Source of the DNA: Trichoplax sp. H2
Taxonomy: Eukaryota
Direction: 5' to 3'
Length of the DNA stretch: 64,000 nt
NCBI GenBank assembly: GCA_003344405.1
Contig: NOWV01000023.1
Location: forward strand, 124,001 to 188,000
This document shows positions 12,201 through 26,100 of this stretch, in pieces. The number at the start of each line of letters is the position of its first letter. The first letter of the stretch is position 1. The notes under the pieces are model-generated. The model was given only the letters and a program-made list of their open reading frames with translations, had not been told where the DNA came from and made no database searches. The translations under genes and the position numbers were made by a program.

Positions 12201-14374
12201 TTATTCCGGTGATAAATGCAAATTCTCTCACGCTGAACTAAACGATGAAGGACATCAGTTACTGTCACAGGTATAACCTATACGTTCATCTAGCATGCTA
12301 GCGCAACTTGTGATTCAAAACTTTATTACTCCTTTTTAATGATTACAATTATTCATCTTCTGTCCTCTAGTTTCTTAAATCAAGCAGAGAATCTGATGAA
12401 CCCATAGATCCTATAGGGCCTGATGATCGTAGCAATGATGGCGTCATCGCTGCTCCGAAAATTTTTAATTCTCTAAATGATTCATCTTATCAAGTGCCAT
12501 CAATAAGAACCAATGAATCGGAAAAACTATCTCAAAATTTCCCAGATCGAGCGTTGCCTGAAAGAATTAGTAACATTCAACTTCCTTATGGAAATCGTAT
12601 GGACGATATGGAACGCAAAGATAACACATCCAGACCTATCAAAAATGAAAGTCAACCTGCAAGAAGTACTAGTACTGTTCGAGATCCCAGATTAAGACAT
12701 CTACAAAATGCGGGTAGCGATCTTACTAATAAAACTAGATCTGTAAACATGGAAGATAAGATGGAAAATCGAAATGAAATAAGAGATAGACCAGGACTTA
12801 CTGACGAACGTAGGCTTGAACGATCGTCAAATGTGCATGCAACTACAAAGCAAGCGATACCCATTCGGGATCCTAGGCAACAGTTAGTAGTTTGGAAAAA
12901 AAATTATTAAATAAAAGTCATATTGTAACGGCAACGTTATACATATAGTATCACCAAGAATTCAATTTCTATTGTTATATCTTTTAGGCACCCTGGAAGT
13001 AGAATACGATCGAAAGAGGATCTTCATGGTCGTCCTCAAGCCATAAAGGAAAGCCATTTACTGCCAGAGCAAAAATCAACGTCGCGTGTTCTTGCAAGTC
13101 AGCAACAGTCGGAATCATGGGATGATCTTGGAAGGAGAAAGAGAGCGGTTGAAGGCAATAACCAACCTCGTACTGGTTACCGATCAGCACCTAATGAAGA
13201 TAAAAATTTTGGTCCATCTAGCTTGCATCGCTCTGAACAAGAATATGCTTCATTTCAGAGACAAAGAGCTCGAACTGGTGGCTCTAATAATCAAGTACTA
13301 CCTGATGACGAAGAATCCTACGGAAATTCAAGATCAAATCCAGTAGATAAATCGACACGCCAAGGAAAACAGGCTCCAACATCTAGTGAAGTATTTCAAG
13401 ATATGAGAGGTTTAGGCCACCCTGGTCCTGATTATCCGTCACAGCGATCACATGATAACATTGCTCGAGAACCGTTACGTAAAGGTAGTGGATTTACACC
13501 AATGTCACATCCAGTATATGAGGAACAATATATGAAACCGCCCGCTGGAAGATCAGTTGGAGAGTTGTCAAGAGCTCCGAGACCTCGTATACCAGAAGAT
13601 CCTAGAAACGTAAGACCTGGATTTCAAGCGCACGGTACTAATCCCGAATCATCATTACCTTCGGAGGACAGCTATAATGATCATCAGCATAAAATACCTG
13701 ACAACATGGCTTTAAAACAACGATATAGAAAAAATGATCCTGCGAATACGAAAAATCAAGCACATACTCAGCAATATTTGGGAGAACATAAATATGGCGA
13801 TAATAGTAGCGTTGAAGCTAAGCCAAGATCACAGCAATTCGATCCACGAAAAGATGATAGACAATTGAAAGAATCTACTGCACCAGCTAGGCGTGTAGCT
13901 GCTGGTACAACTCGACCGAAAGATCCAAGATTAGCGAGGTTGGAAAATGTCGATTCTGCGCATGCAAATCCTGCAACAGCTGAGAGATTTCCGAAAGATC
14001 CACGGATAGGAGCACTAAAAGATTTTGGTGCCCGTCGTCAGCCAACTACTGAAGCTTCTATTATTAAAGACCCAAGACTGCAGTACTATGATTCTCCAGG
14101 AGATACTGACTCCCATAATAAACCTGTAAACACAAATACGTTACCTAAAAATAAAACTTCAAGTAAAGATATAGAACAACCTTGGGACACTGGAAAAACC
14201 ACTGGGTATGAGCGGGTAACCGATGGTAAAGCTGATGTGTCGAAGGAAGCGGCTGAATCTGCAGAATTAGCTCTCAAGTCCAGTGCATTATCAACAAGAC
14301 ATAAATTAAATCCGGGCAGCACTATCTCTGACCAATTTCGTATACTAGACCCGAGAGCCTCTAGTTTTGTTTAG
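9205..14374 (+). CDS. ZC3H4: Zinc finger CCCH protein of the ZC3H4/ZC3H6 (Suppressor of sable) family
   Basis: Exons 9205-10092, 11072-11275, 11620-11760, 11878-11995, 12161-12270, 12371-12882, 12988-14374. It has an N-terminal ELEEGEV motif, three tandem C3H1 fingers (CKYFQEGRCSKGDECTFAH; CKYYVSDSCSKGSSCPFMH; CKFFHTNSTCYSGDKCKFSH) and many C-terminal DPR repeats. ZC3H4 versus ZC3H6 cannot be resolved; it is probably a co-orthologue of both. Confidence 0.88.
11996..12160 (+). other. U12-type (minor spliceosome) AT-AC intron
   Basis: 5' end is ATATCCTTT, branch site is GCCTTAAC at 12143-12150, and the 3' end is AC at 12159-12160. Removal gives in-frame ...CPFMH-EN-FPCKFFH..., the family's finger 2-3 spacing. 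Confidence 0.93.
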
Positions 14375-15223
14375 ATCTTCATATGGTTTCTATTCAGCGA
14401 TATTTTCTATGTAGTCATTTTTTCAGTGCTATATAATCTATCTGAATATTTGTGTATTGCGAAAGGCTTATTTAAAATATTATCATTTGCACGTTAGTAT
14501 AGCTATATATTATAACCTAATTTGTAAGATGTTTCTAAAAGTAGTTGTTTTACCACCAGAGAATTCAACTACGCGTTGACTAGTCTGTAAAAATGTGTTG
14601 AAATATATCAATTTGAAAATTGGATTTAATCTGGACTTTATGCATGATCGAATTATTTTATATATCAGGGATACATTATTAACACGTTTCAATTATGACA
14701 ATCACGATCGCCAATAAACTAAATTGTACAGTAGAAGGTGATAAAAATAAATAAATTGTACGCTCCCTACCTGCAAAGCAAATTTATTGTCGCTATCACA
14801 TTATAAATTTTATTTTATTCTTTACAATAGGTATGAAGGTAACATAATTTGTCAATCAACAAATTTTCTCTACTATTAAATAAATTAATGAAAAGTTCTA
14901 ACTTGGTACTGCAGTTTGTTTAATGTATATGGAATATTATTTAATGATTTTTTTCGTGATAATAGAATAATACACACAGATGCCATTATATTACAAGTTT
15001 TATTATTTGCTATATAGGAAATAATAAAATTCGTTAACAAATCATCTCTACCGTTAAATAAAATGATGGAAAGTTTTAAAATTTTTATATTGTAGTCTGT
15101 TGTGTATAGAGAATATTATTTGTTTATTTGTAATAACAGAGTAAATGATTGAACGAGATAACATTTATACAAATCGGAAAGCAGCTTTGTCCTCATTCAT
15201 ACTGACAATAATTATTCAGGCAG

Positions 15224-18200
15224 TTAATGCAGCGTTTTGATGCTGTTAATTGCCGTTGATCTTTGCTTGGTATTTTGGAACAAAGCACGGATTAAGGAAT
15301 GCACTTCTGGCGCAGTAAATGCAGCGGACAATGTGCTCTACAATTTTAAAAGTAAATCACGTAACGGGGTGTTGAAACTTGTAAGTCTGTCAGCGATTAT
15401 TATATTTTTTAATCAGTATAAACGATAATTGGAGCTACAACGTACTAACGCGATATTTAAACTACATAGTGAGATAGTGTCCTTATATACCTGTGGAGTA
15501 TTCCATCTCTCAACAATTCCTTTAAGATTAAATGCCAATATTAGAGCTAGCTCCGATAGTTTGTTCCAACCAGATACATGGTTTGATATTTCCTGGTCCT
15601 AATAAAGTGATTAAATGTCAATTTCACTATATTTCATCCAATTGAAGTGTTAAATTTGCATCAACTTACCAAGTTGTCGTCATTCTTGATAATACCACTG
15701 TATAATTCCAATATCTTACTTTTAGTGAGTTCTAATAAGTCATGAATCAGATGTCCATCGTCTTCAGAGATATCCTACGTAGGGAAAAATTATCCATTTA
15801 TGAACTTAAAGAACGAAGTAAGCATGATGGCAACAGTGGTAAATAGAAATCAATGTAGAAATAATAGTTCAAACCTCAATTTGGACAATTTTATTTACGA
15901 CATCGACAATTAGTGTATTCGTCAAGTCCTCAATCAATTTCATGCATAACTTTATCGGCAAGACGTCGAACCAGACTCTACTTAAATGATTTAACTGGTG
16001 AAAAGCCTGCTCTAGATGTTGCGAAATATCATTAGATCGATTATTTTCAGCTATTTCATTCCAGCTGGCGGTGGAATTGAGGCAGTTCTTGATAATCTGC
16101 TCTTGACGTTGCTGCAAAAGTCATTAAATTGTAGAATACATACGGCGAAGAAAGACGCTAAACTGAAAGATACCTACTTACCAACTGCTGTGAAAGACAT
16201 TGCTGACCACTACTGCGAAGGAATGGTACAATGTCAACAAATGTAGCAGCTCCATTCGATAATGGAGGCGGCAAATGATCACGAAATTCAGCACCAAGTG
16301 TTAAAAGGTGATGACTAACATACATGCAGTTATTATAATGCAAAGCTGATAACTGTGGAATAGTTTCCTGATAATGAAAATAAAAATAAGGAAAAAATTT
16401 TTTACCAACAATTAATATTTTTAGACGAGAATTACTACTGTAATATAACAACTTACTAAATTCATCTTATGATATGCGGGGGTTACTTCAAGATATAAAT
16501 CGAACATATTGCGTGTTGCATAAAACAGTTGTATAGCGCTAAAAAGCAGTAACATATCCAACTGATAATTAATCTTAACTGAAGGAATATAAAGCAATAT
16601 AAAGACATATAATAAGAGAAAGTAATGAAATTTTACCAGTCCGGAGTAGATTTTACAGCCTCTTGTAAGGTTTCATACGCGAGCGACATCAATTTGCAAA
16701 TATTGGTGCTTACTCTGCATTGAGGAAAAAGAAATAGGGACATTTCTAATGTTTTCGAGTTCTCTGTAGCAGCGTTTTCGTCAATTTGATGTAATTCCTG
16801 AAAGATTATAAATTTGTATCAGCAATTTTATTTTATCATGGCGAAGATTTCAATTAGTGATCAGGTAGTAAAATTTGAGCGCTTTCAACCTTCAAAGCCG
16901 AATCATCCGGTTGGCTCCATTCATCTAATTTGAAAAATGAAGCAATCTGTTTTATTATATACGTATGATATAATAATTTAAAGTCAATTATTACTTTGAC
17001 TTGATAGACAGTTCCTAATTTCTACGGTATAATTACCGAATAAAGCTTTATCAGGGGATATTTGTGTTTGCTGAGTATTATATAAATCACTCTTAAGTAA
17101 ATCTCGAGCTGTGACCAACAGATCTTGCACCTGATAATTTATTCCGAAATATTTAATTTAGCTGATAAAATATCAGAAGGATATTAAAAGTTCCTGATGT
17201 GATCTAACCTGTTTATTAGCGAAATTCATGTTTACGTGTTTTGTATAGTCAGTTAACGTATCAATAGTTTCTTCCAAATATCCTATGAATAATTGTTTAA
17301 TAAGTATCCACTACTTCTAAGATTTTATAAAAATTTTAATCTCGGTAATATACTATCAATCCTACTCTTACCCAATCCTTTGAGAGTATATTCAAATAGA
17401 GTTGTTTGATTAGAAATTTCCGCATAGTTTTCCAACTAGAAAATGATATTCAATAATTTTTAAAGGATTGATACACAATACATAATTTAGAAGTGTGGAT
17501 TTAATTCATGATGCTGCAAGTCAAATAGTATGAAAAAGTATTAAGAATAAAGCACCTCGGAAAAAGATGTTGGTATTGAAGCTGCTAAATATTCCTCTAT
17601 AATAGATTTGGATAACGTTGGCCAAATGATAAGACCTAACAAATCCATAAGCAAATTAGTAGGAGTTAATTATGTTTTACAAAAATAAATTTCTAATCTA
17701 ATATTTTTCTTACCCAATATCGAAAGTAAAGGTTTTGACACTTTCGTATCATCTTTATCTTCTTCTGTGTTGACTGTCACTTTAATGCGATCAAACACTT
17801 GGTCATGCAAGAAGACTAATACCTCTACCAGCCTGTTATAATAGTTATCTTATTTTGCAAGATGACAAAAAAAGTTTTGTAAAATTCAACACACAAAATA
17901 TCGTAAAATTGTAAAGTTATGTCATTATTTAATAGAAAGAAATACCTGGAGAAATGGATTTTTCACTTTGTTTTCTTTTCATAGATAAGCTAACTACGAA
18001 GTGCAGTTTGGTTTCCTTAGAGTAATATATAGACATCAAGTATGAAATGTGTAATCCTATGCTATTTAGTTATTCAATGTTAGTTATGAAATTTTTAGAG
18101 CCTATGTGTTTGTGATACCGTTTTGGATTTTTCTTGTGCAGGCTTGACGCTAGCGAATTGAGGTATAACAGAATGGATACAATGAACAGTAGCAAAAGTT

Positions 18201-20398
18201 ACGAAAATTTTGTAAAGATATTTTACCTAGATTCAGCGATTAACGGCTTTAGAACATAACGTAGCAACTTCTTGGCTAGAATCCAAAATAAACGTTAGAA
18301 ATACGAGTAGGTACAGGAGAATAAGATATACTATAGTTTTAAAGTAGCATTATATATCAGAATAATTAGTACCGAAAGTATTTAATTTCGGACGCAACAT
18401 GCCAAGAATCTAGTAAAAATATTAGTATAAATGTTATCAACAGCATAACTACATGCTTTCAATCAGTTATAACTGAAAATATTGGCTACTGGCAATTATT
18501 GAACAATCATTTCATTGTACCTCCATAGCAGTTACCACCGGTTGAATTTTATTTTCACTATCATCACCCTCTAACAACAATAACAGCATTGAGTGTTTTA
18601 TAGAATATGATAGTCATATTCTGATTACTACTGTGTAAAAAATAGTCCGAATTCATTATTTTACAGTGACTTTTTATTGGTAGCACTTTACAATCGCTTA
18701 GAAGGCAAAAACTAGCTAACTACCTTACCTTGTATTAAATCAGCACAAACTTTTATTTCTGTTCCTAAAAGAATTTTCTCAGGCGTACTTAACGAAATCT
18801 GAGGTAAGGCCCATGAAATGCTCTTATCCCACTCTGATTCTAGTATTGACTGTAAGTTTGCCCTTTTCCTTCTAGCTTCTTGCTACAATGGAAATTGGAT
18901 CTTAATACTTAAGTGATAAAGTTGAGTTTAATGTAAACGTATATAAAATTATAGCAGCCAAGTCGTTCGCTTCAAGGTACGGTGAATGTATACTGGGAAA
19001 AGTTGAATAATGCAATCTACACAGTTTACCTACCCTTAAAGCTTTAAAAATTTTAGCATCGCAATTTCCGTATACTTCGCTCAACATGTGTTGCTAAAAT
19101 TTATTAAATCAATTATTAGAGCAAATATATTAAGGAAGCCTTACAATGGATTTTGGGATTAGAGTGTAATCTTGATAGCACAGGTAAATGCAACTAATCG
19201 TGCTATAGTTGGATGATTGTCTAAATAAGTTAAAATCAACTTACAGCTTCAACAATGCAATTGGCAGCTAGATCAAATTCTTTATGATCCAAGCGTAAGG
19301 AAAAGCTTGACAAAAGTTCATTTATCTAGCAGGTAAGACATGAACGATTTTTATAATAGTACAATTGATAGGGGAATATTCTCGTTATTCTTGTTTCTAT
19401 AATCTTGGATATTGCCTTTTCCTTACCTGACTTAAGCGTGTTAATGCTTCAACAATGACAGTTACCATTTTCAAGTTGTCTTGCACTGATATTTGCTCAT
19501 TCTTTGCAGTTTTCAACAAGGGTTTAATATCACCCTAAGAAGGATAACAAGAAGAGTGAAAATAATGCGATAATATCTATAGCAAAAGCTGATGGTTGTT
19601 GTCGAGGTTCGTTAGCTGGAATTAATTTTGGCAAGTAGACTAGCCTTGAATTAGTGAAAATAGAGACAGCAGGGAATACGGGTACTATAGGTAATTGGCT
19701 GATTTTGCCTAGACTGACACAGTTAGGATAACGGCTAGGGTAAAACGTTGAAATGGGTGAAAGGAATTGCGTTTACTTGAATGCAAGTGTACAGTCATTA
19801 TTCTGAAATGTAGATATAGTGTATTTAACGGCTACTATGGATTAATTGCATCATAAGCAGGGTTTGTAATATTTGATCAATCTAGCTTATTGATGATTGA
19901 AGTAAGTATTGAAGAAACGTCAATATTGTAGACTATCAACATCAGTAGATCTTGGTATTGAGTAACTAGTATAACCCTGAGTCAATGACAAGACACTACA
20001 ATTGGGTAACTTGTTGTCGTATACTGATACAATGTATCCCGAGTAGAGGAGGTTAGAGGTCCTTACCTGCATCTTCTTACTGACATTGCGTAACTTAACA
20101 TCCATTTCTTTAACTTTAAGGTGCAATTCATTCATGGTGTTGTAGGTATGGATAAATTCATCATACTGCTTCATGATGGTACTGTAAATATGGCCCTAAG
20201 ATATTGAAATAGTTATGATGATATATCATCAAGGTTTCAATCTTTTGTCATTTCATACCGCCAAACTGATACATCATGACAGTTTGAATTGTATTAAATC
20301 ACCTTTAACTCATTAGCACTACGCCATAATGACGATAAGATTTCATCAGCGTCCTCTCCTTTATCAACATTTTGCTTCTTCGTGTCAGGAGTCTCCAT
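15224..20398 (-). CDS. ZW10: Centromere/kinetochore protein ZW10 homologue
   Basis: More than 20 short GT-AG exons. Diagnostic peptides are PQLSALHYNNCMYVSHHLLTLG, ATFVDIVPFLR, QAFHQLNHLSRVWFDVLP and the C-terminal AFTAPEVHSLIRALFQNTKQR. ATG at 20398 is in a GCCATGG context and the stop TAA is at 15226-15224. A 5'UTR intron is likely at about 20601-20404. Confidence 0.93.
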
Positions 20399-21974
20399 GG
20401 CAGCTGGAAGGTAGAACTAGTTGCTGGAAGTGGTCCGTTCCGATCCCACTGTATACCAAATTACCAATACGATGGTAGTATGGTAGTATAGGGTATAATG
20501 GGAGAGATTGAATGTTGCCTTAGCGTTGGATTCAGCCATAAATCAGTATAGCGCTGACCACCGTTAGTAGAGCTTTCGAAATCGTATCAAGGGGTACTTA
20601 CACCTGAACAGAATCTGTCTTTCTGTCCGTATAGCGAACACCTACTGTAACCCTTACCCTAACCTTGCCCATGTTAGGGTTAGAGCAGTTGTGGACGGTG
20701 AATTTTTCCACATTTTGCTACAAGCAAATGTATCAAAATTGGGGGGTTTTCGGCAATAAATTTTAAATTTTATAGCGAACGAAAGAGAATGAGTTCATTT
20801 ATAAGGATCCGTCGTCAAAATGTCTGTACTGTAGACTGATCCTAGAAGTCTTTTCTACTCCATGAGTTGGTTATTTTGCCAGTGCTATCTTGGATATGGA
20901 GTTCAAATGTAACAGTATCGGGGGATGCCGACCAAAATCTTTCCTGAGCTTAGCTACTGGAGAGATCTGGATCGTTCTACATGCAAGCAGTAACTAACGT
21001 TAGCAGATAGAAATATCTTATTTCTCGTGCAATCGATTTGATTTGATTACTTCAGTCAGAAGAAATCGCTCTGTCAATATCCTCTGTTGGATGTGCTTCG
21101 TCCTAGACTGCTGGTATTTTAGTAGTCCATGGCTATACAGTAAATTGTAGTATTGTGATGGTGGCGATTGAATGCATTTGGACTACTGCGATTTCTCGCT
21201 TCTGTCGCTAACGAAATGGACATTATCGCCTATAGAAATGTAGAAGACAATTTGATATCTCAGATTACTACTACCCGGGACTTTTAACTTTAAGGATCGA
21301 TTTTTGTCCCAAAGTTGCTTTTGCTGTAATTTAGTACTCTATAGTTTATATATACAGTATTTAAAATGCGAACAAAGCGCGCCAAAACGGCTCGGTCCAA
21401 ATCTCTGTCTGTGGGTAGAGTAATAAGGACCGTATTGTGCAAAATGAGCTGTCAGCCATTAGAATATCCTTTTGGATGTTGTACTACACTCTACAGTATG
21501 TTGCAAGGATGACAAGAGAAGGTGAACGGCATGACAATCACTTTGCACACCACCGAATCTAACCGACAATAGTAGTGAGAGGTGACAGCCTAACAGGCTG
21601 CAATTGGCCAATTTGGAGGGTTTAAAAGTCTAGTTTTATTTTCATGGAAATAGGATCGAATTTTAAAAGTTTATGTGCAGCATTGCCGATGATACGAGCA
21701 TTATCGACGGTGAGTCCATAGTCTAGGTAGGCTAGAATGATGTTGTAGTTGCTGTAGAGTAGAACAACTACACCATCATTGTATCCTACCTACACCTGTT
21801 TTAGACTGCAAGTATCTGCTTGCAGCAATGTTGGACTGCAATGTTACTTGAATTAAAAATACAAATGTACTGGATGAAAAATCAGGATCAAGTGCCTGAG
21901 ATATCATCTCGTTCTTAGTTTTATTCCACTGCCAAGGACTGTACAGTATATCATGGCAGGACTGCAATGTGTCC

Positions 21975-22640
21975 AAATCGAAGAAGAGGTTCGAGACGTC
22001 TTGTCCTGATCGAAGAAGAGATTTAAGAGACGTCTTGTCCTGATAGAGATTTAAGAGGCGTCTCATCAAATAATGATAGGAGTCAGAGAGGTCTTGTCAT
22101 GATCAAAGAAGAGGTTCAAGAGACGTCTTATCAAATAATGATAGAAGTCAGAGAGGTCTTGTCCTGATCGAAGAAGAGATTTAAGAGACATCTTATCAAA
22201 TAATGATAGAAGTCAGAGAGGTCTTGTCCTGATCGAAGAAGAGATTTAAGAGACATCTTATCAAATAATGATAGAAGTCAGAGAGGTCTTGTCCTAATCG
22301 AAGAAGAGATTTAAGAGACGTCTTGTCCTGATAGAGAAGAGATTTAAGAGGCGTCTCATCAAATAATGATAGGAGTCAGAGCGGTCTTGTCATGATGGAA
22401 GAGGTTCAAGAGACGTCTTATCAAATAATGATAGAAGTCAGAGAGGCCTTGTCATGATCGAAGAAGAGATTTAAGAGACATCTTATCAAATAATGATAGA
22501 AGTCAGAGAGGTCTTGCCATGATCCAAGAAGAGGTTAGAGATGCCTTGTCATGATAAAAGTAAAGGTCAGAGACGTCCTGTCATGATAGAAGAAGAGGTC
22601 AAAAACGTCTTGTCATGATGGAAGAAGAGGTCAGAGAGAG
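21975..22640. repeat. Tandem array, 65-bp unit built from two related ~32-bp subunits, upstream of ILVBL
   Basis: 'gatcgaagaagagatttaagagacatcttatcaaataatgatagaagtcagagaggtcttgtcct' is repeated and degenerates into ~32-bp monomers at both ends. Confidence 0.92.
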
Positions 22641-23127
22641 ACTGCTGGTAGCGTACAGTACAGTACAGTATGTCCAACAGAGGTCAAGAGCGGAGACGGA
22701 CTACGCTGACGGTAGCGATCCGATCCGGTCCGACGGGACCACTCCGGTTTTCTTGATCGATCCTACAGTACACTGTACTGTACACTGTACAGTGATGTCA
22801 GTGTGTAGGTAGGACATCCAGTAGGCAGGGTGACCCTACTGGATGTCAGCGTCCAATGAGCCACGACTACTGACTACTGAGTGACTAGGGTGTACGTACG
22901 CCGGCAGGGTTCACGAACCCTCTTGTAGGGGTGGTACAGTATGGATTTTTACAACCATACTGCCGTGTCATAAACAGGAGACTGCCGTACTTGCTACTGA
23001 CTAGTGGACTCAATACAATCATGCATCAGGCACGGGCCCGACCGACCGGGGGTGTGTTCAACTTGCCCTGGGCTTGCGGGCTGCATCACTTTGCCACGTC
23101 AAAAGCTAACCCTAAAGCACCATCGCC

Positions 23128-26100
23128 ATGGCAGAATTAACCTGGGATGATTTCTTCCAGTTTGTATTGCAACACGCTATCCTGATCATAGTATCCGTCC
23201 TTGCTGCCATAGCTCTAATCATCTTTGCCTTCCTAAACAAGCAATTGCATCTGATCGATCAATGGATCTATAAGGTAGCTGTCCATCGTGATGGTCTGGT
23301 TGATGAATAGTGGGATGGAGGCTTATTTTTGATTTTTTGCATTGAGCCCTATCATACCCTACTGTCTAGTACACGAGTAGTGATGGCAGTGCAATGCCAT
23401 CACTACCATACCTACGATCATGTCACTATGAAGGTATTGTCGTGGGAGACCACCATTGGCTAGCAATGGAGTCGTTTCATGCTAGCATTTCTTTCCATCT
23501 TCTCCATCTTTGCTCTACAAATAACATAGACTGCAAAATGGCAGACAATCCCTAATGGACATCATGTTTATAGCAGTAGGTTAAAAGGATACGATCGGTT
23601 GATGCGATGCTCGATTGTTCAACGCCATTTGTAGGAGATGATGCTCGCCAGGATGCACGATATGGAGTATATCATACTGTATATACCTTTGGCTGGCTTT
23701 AGGACTCTTGTCGATGTTTTGACAACGATTCCATGATAATTTGCATGGAGAGGATTGCTATTTCCACCTATTTTCCAATCTCTACCACAGACGGGATGAT
23801 GTTGCCATTTCATAGGACCTACTAGTACTATCCAACACGGATAGAAGCAAAGAAAGCATCCGAGAGTACTGTAGTACAACTCGTATTCTAGCCGACTAGC
23901 TTACTACCAACACCAACCAATGCGCTCGATCGTATCATTTTCTTTCTTTCTAGTTCAATCTTTTCCTTTTGCTAGACTTTTCTTACATCCTATCCATTAG
24001 CAACAAAGCTGTTAACGTCGATAGGGAGACGATGATAAAGCCATGAGCTCAAATGATCTAGCAACTTTTTTATTTTATCCGGTCATCACGGCGTAGACAA
24101 GCGCTTCAAGTCATTCATTGCTTCATTGATATAATTAAGCACATATTCGCTATTGGAAGTCGCGACACTATCCATTTTGATGCGATTCCTTTGCCTTGGT
24201 GGTCATCATTGCATTAGCAAATGATCAAATTCCCAATCCCCTAATGTATAATGGAGACCATAGCATACGTAAAGATAGTAAATCAATTTTCAAACGCGGC
24301 TATTCGACGATGGAGCGTCCAAAATCGTGTCATGCATGATTGATTGCAACTGGATAGTAGTGCCGCTCATACAATAAACAGAATGGATCGATGTTTGGAA
24401 TGGGTGGATATCCTGCCGTTTCCAACTCATTTTTATTAGCATCACAAGTAGAATTTTACCCCGATAGTGGGAATGAAATCGTTATTTCACGACTGTACGT
24501 TCGAACAGAAAGGTTTACATAGCTCCAACGATACACAAAAAGCCCCATTTCTATCCATCATCGTCATACAATTTCATTTTGCATCTGCTGATCGTATTGA
24601 CGCAATAACAAGCTGTTTTGACAAATGTTTATTTTAATATTGTATTCCTTCATACTCTTGCTAGGCCTATTCTATTTCCTAGTATAAATCATGGCTTGCA
24701 ACGATAGTATAAATAAGACGGGTACAATCGATAATGCATCGGTAGTCTACAGCTACATCTCCCTACCTGGTATTTCTAAATTGAAATAAATGCTCTTCCA
24801 CTATACAGTAATATCAACTCTTGCTACAGAAATTTTAACTGAACTTTGTCCTTTTAGTTGCCCCTGCTCCTTACTTCGATCCCCCAATTTTGGGGGCTTA
24901 CATGTTGTTTTTTAGTGTTGTTGATAATTCAACCCATTCAGCATTTTCACTTGTTTTTCGATCCATTTTTGATGTTCTATGGCATTGGAAATTGCCATGA
25001 TTCATATCCTCATTCTTATACCATAATCTAATTAGTGTTGTACAATATCCGATAATATTCTAAGCTAGGGCCTAATAGAATTGAGCTTATATTCCATGCT
25101 GTACTGTATATGACAGACCCGATCTTTTGATAGAGGGTCTCTAAATACGAATAATATCAATAAATAATGCACACTACTGTTAAAGGAGTGAAATAAAATT
25201 TCTACATAACATTATTAGGGCTAGGGTTAGGATTAGGATTATTGATTATTACCGTAAGGGTTGGGGAAAAAATCTTGATATGGGAGACTGTATGCAAGAG
25301 TGCTTGTGTACTATAGCATGGACTACTAAATTTTGAACGTCAAAAATTGGAGTAGTCCGTCGCTGTGGTTGCTATACGTAGTGCCGCTGGATATGGTGCC
25401 GGATACATCAATCAGGAATGTAACCTAACAAATCAGAAGTTTAAAAGTGTTGTACACTCACTCCTACCTCCGGTTATGTGGAATATGCCTATGGAGATTG
25501 ATTTCCATAATTCATCAAAGCTGTTGACCAATTTCATATTTCAAATCTTTCCTTTCGCGCGATTCTACTATTTTGCAAGCTACGTCCTGTAATATATAAC
25601 ATCACTATGTACTGTGCTGTCCCTTCAACATTTCTTCATATCACAATAAATTAACTTATTTAGAAGCATCATTGCATCCTTGATGGCCATGGTAGTGACA
25701 GACTCAGCGTACTATACGATTGAAAATATTAGCAAACAATTGCAATTTTAAGTTGCGCAATGATTACTACACTTGACTAATATAATCAAGCTGTAATTAA
25801 CTGTGCAATATAGTGATGTATACTACTTACGAGTATGTCCTGCACCAACGCACGCAGATTAACTCAACTCTCTCCGTTTTATTTTAAGAAATGGCAAAAC
25901 TGAATTTTAATTTCTGCATTGCCTATAATGAATTACTTTACAGCCCATGTTAACTTTCTAATATGGTGTTACGTCTAGGTTGATAAAAAATGCACTCGCA
26001 ATGGTGGTGAATTGGTTGGAGAAGTGTTAAAGGTACGTTAAACTATATAAATGCGCCCTTGAGATTGCCTTTTGAATTAAATAGAACAAATAATTATAAT

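Noticed and set aside
9637..14322. Antisense and alternative-frame ORFs over ZC3H exons (similarly over DNMBP-like and MASTL exons)
   Set aside because: They are shadow ORFs of real coding exons.
17170..17190. Minus-strand ATATCCTT in ZW10, resembling a U12 donor
   Set aside because: It lies inside an ordinary GT-AG intron whose boundaries already give the correct frame.
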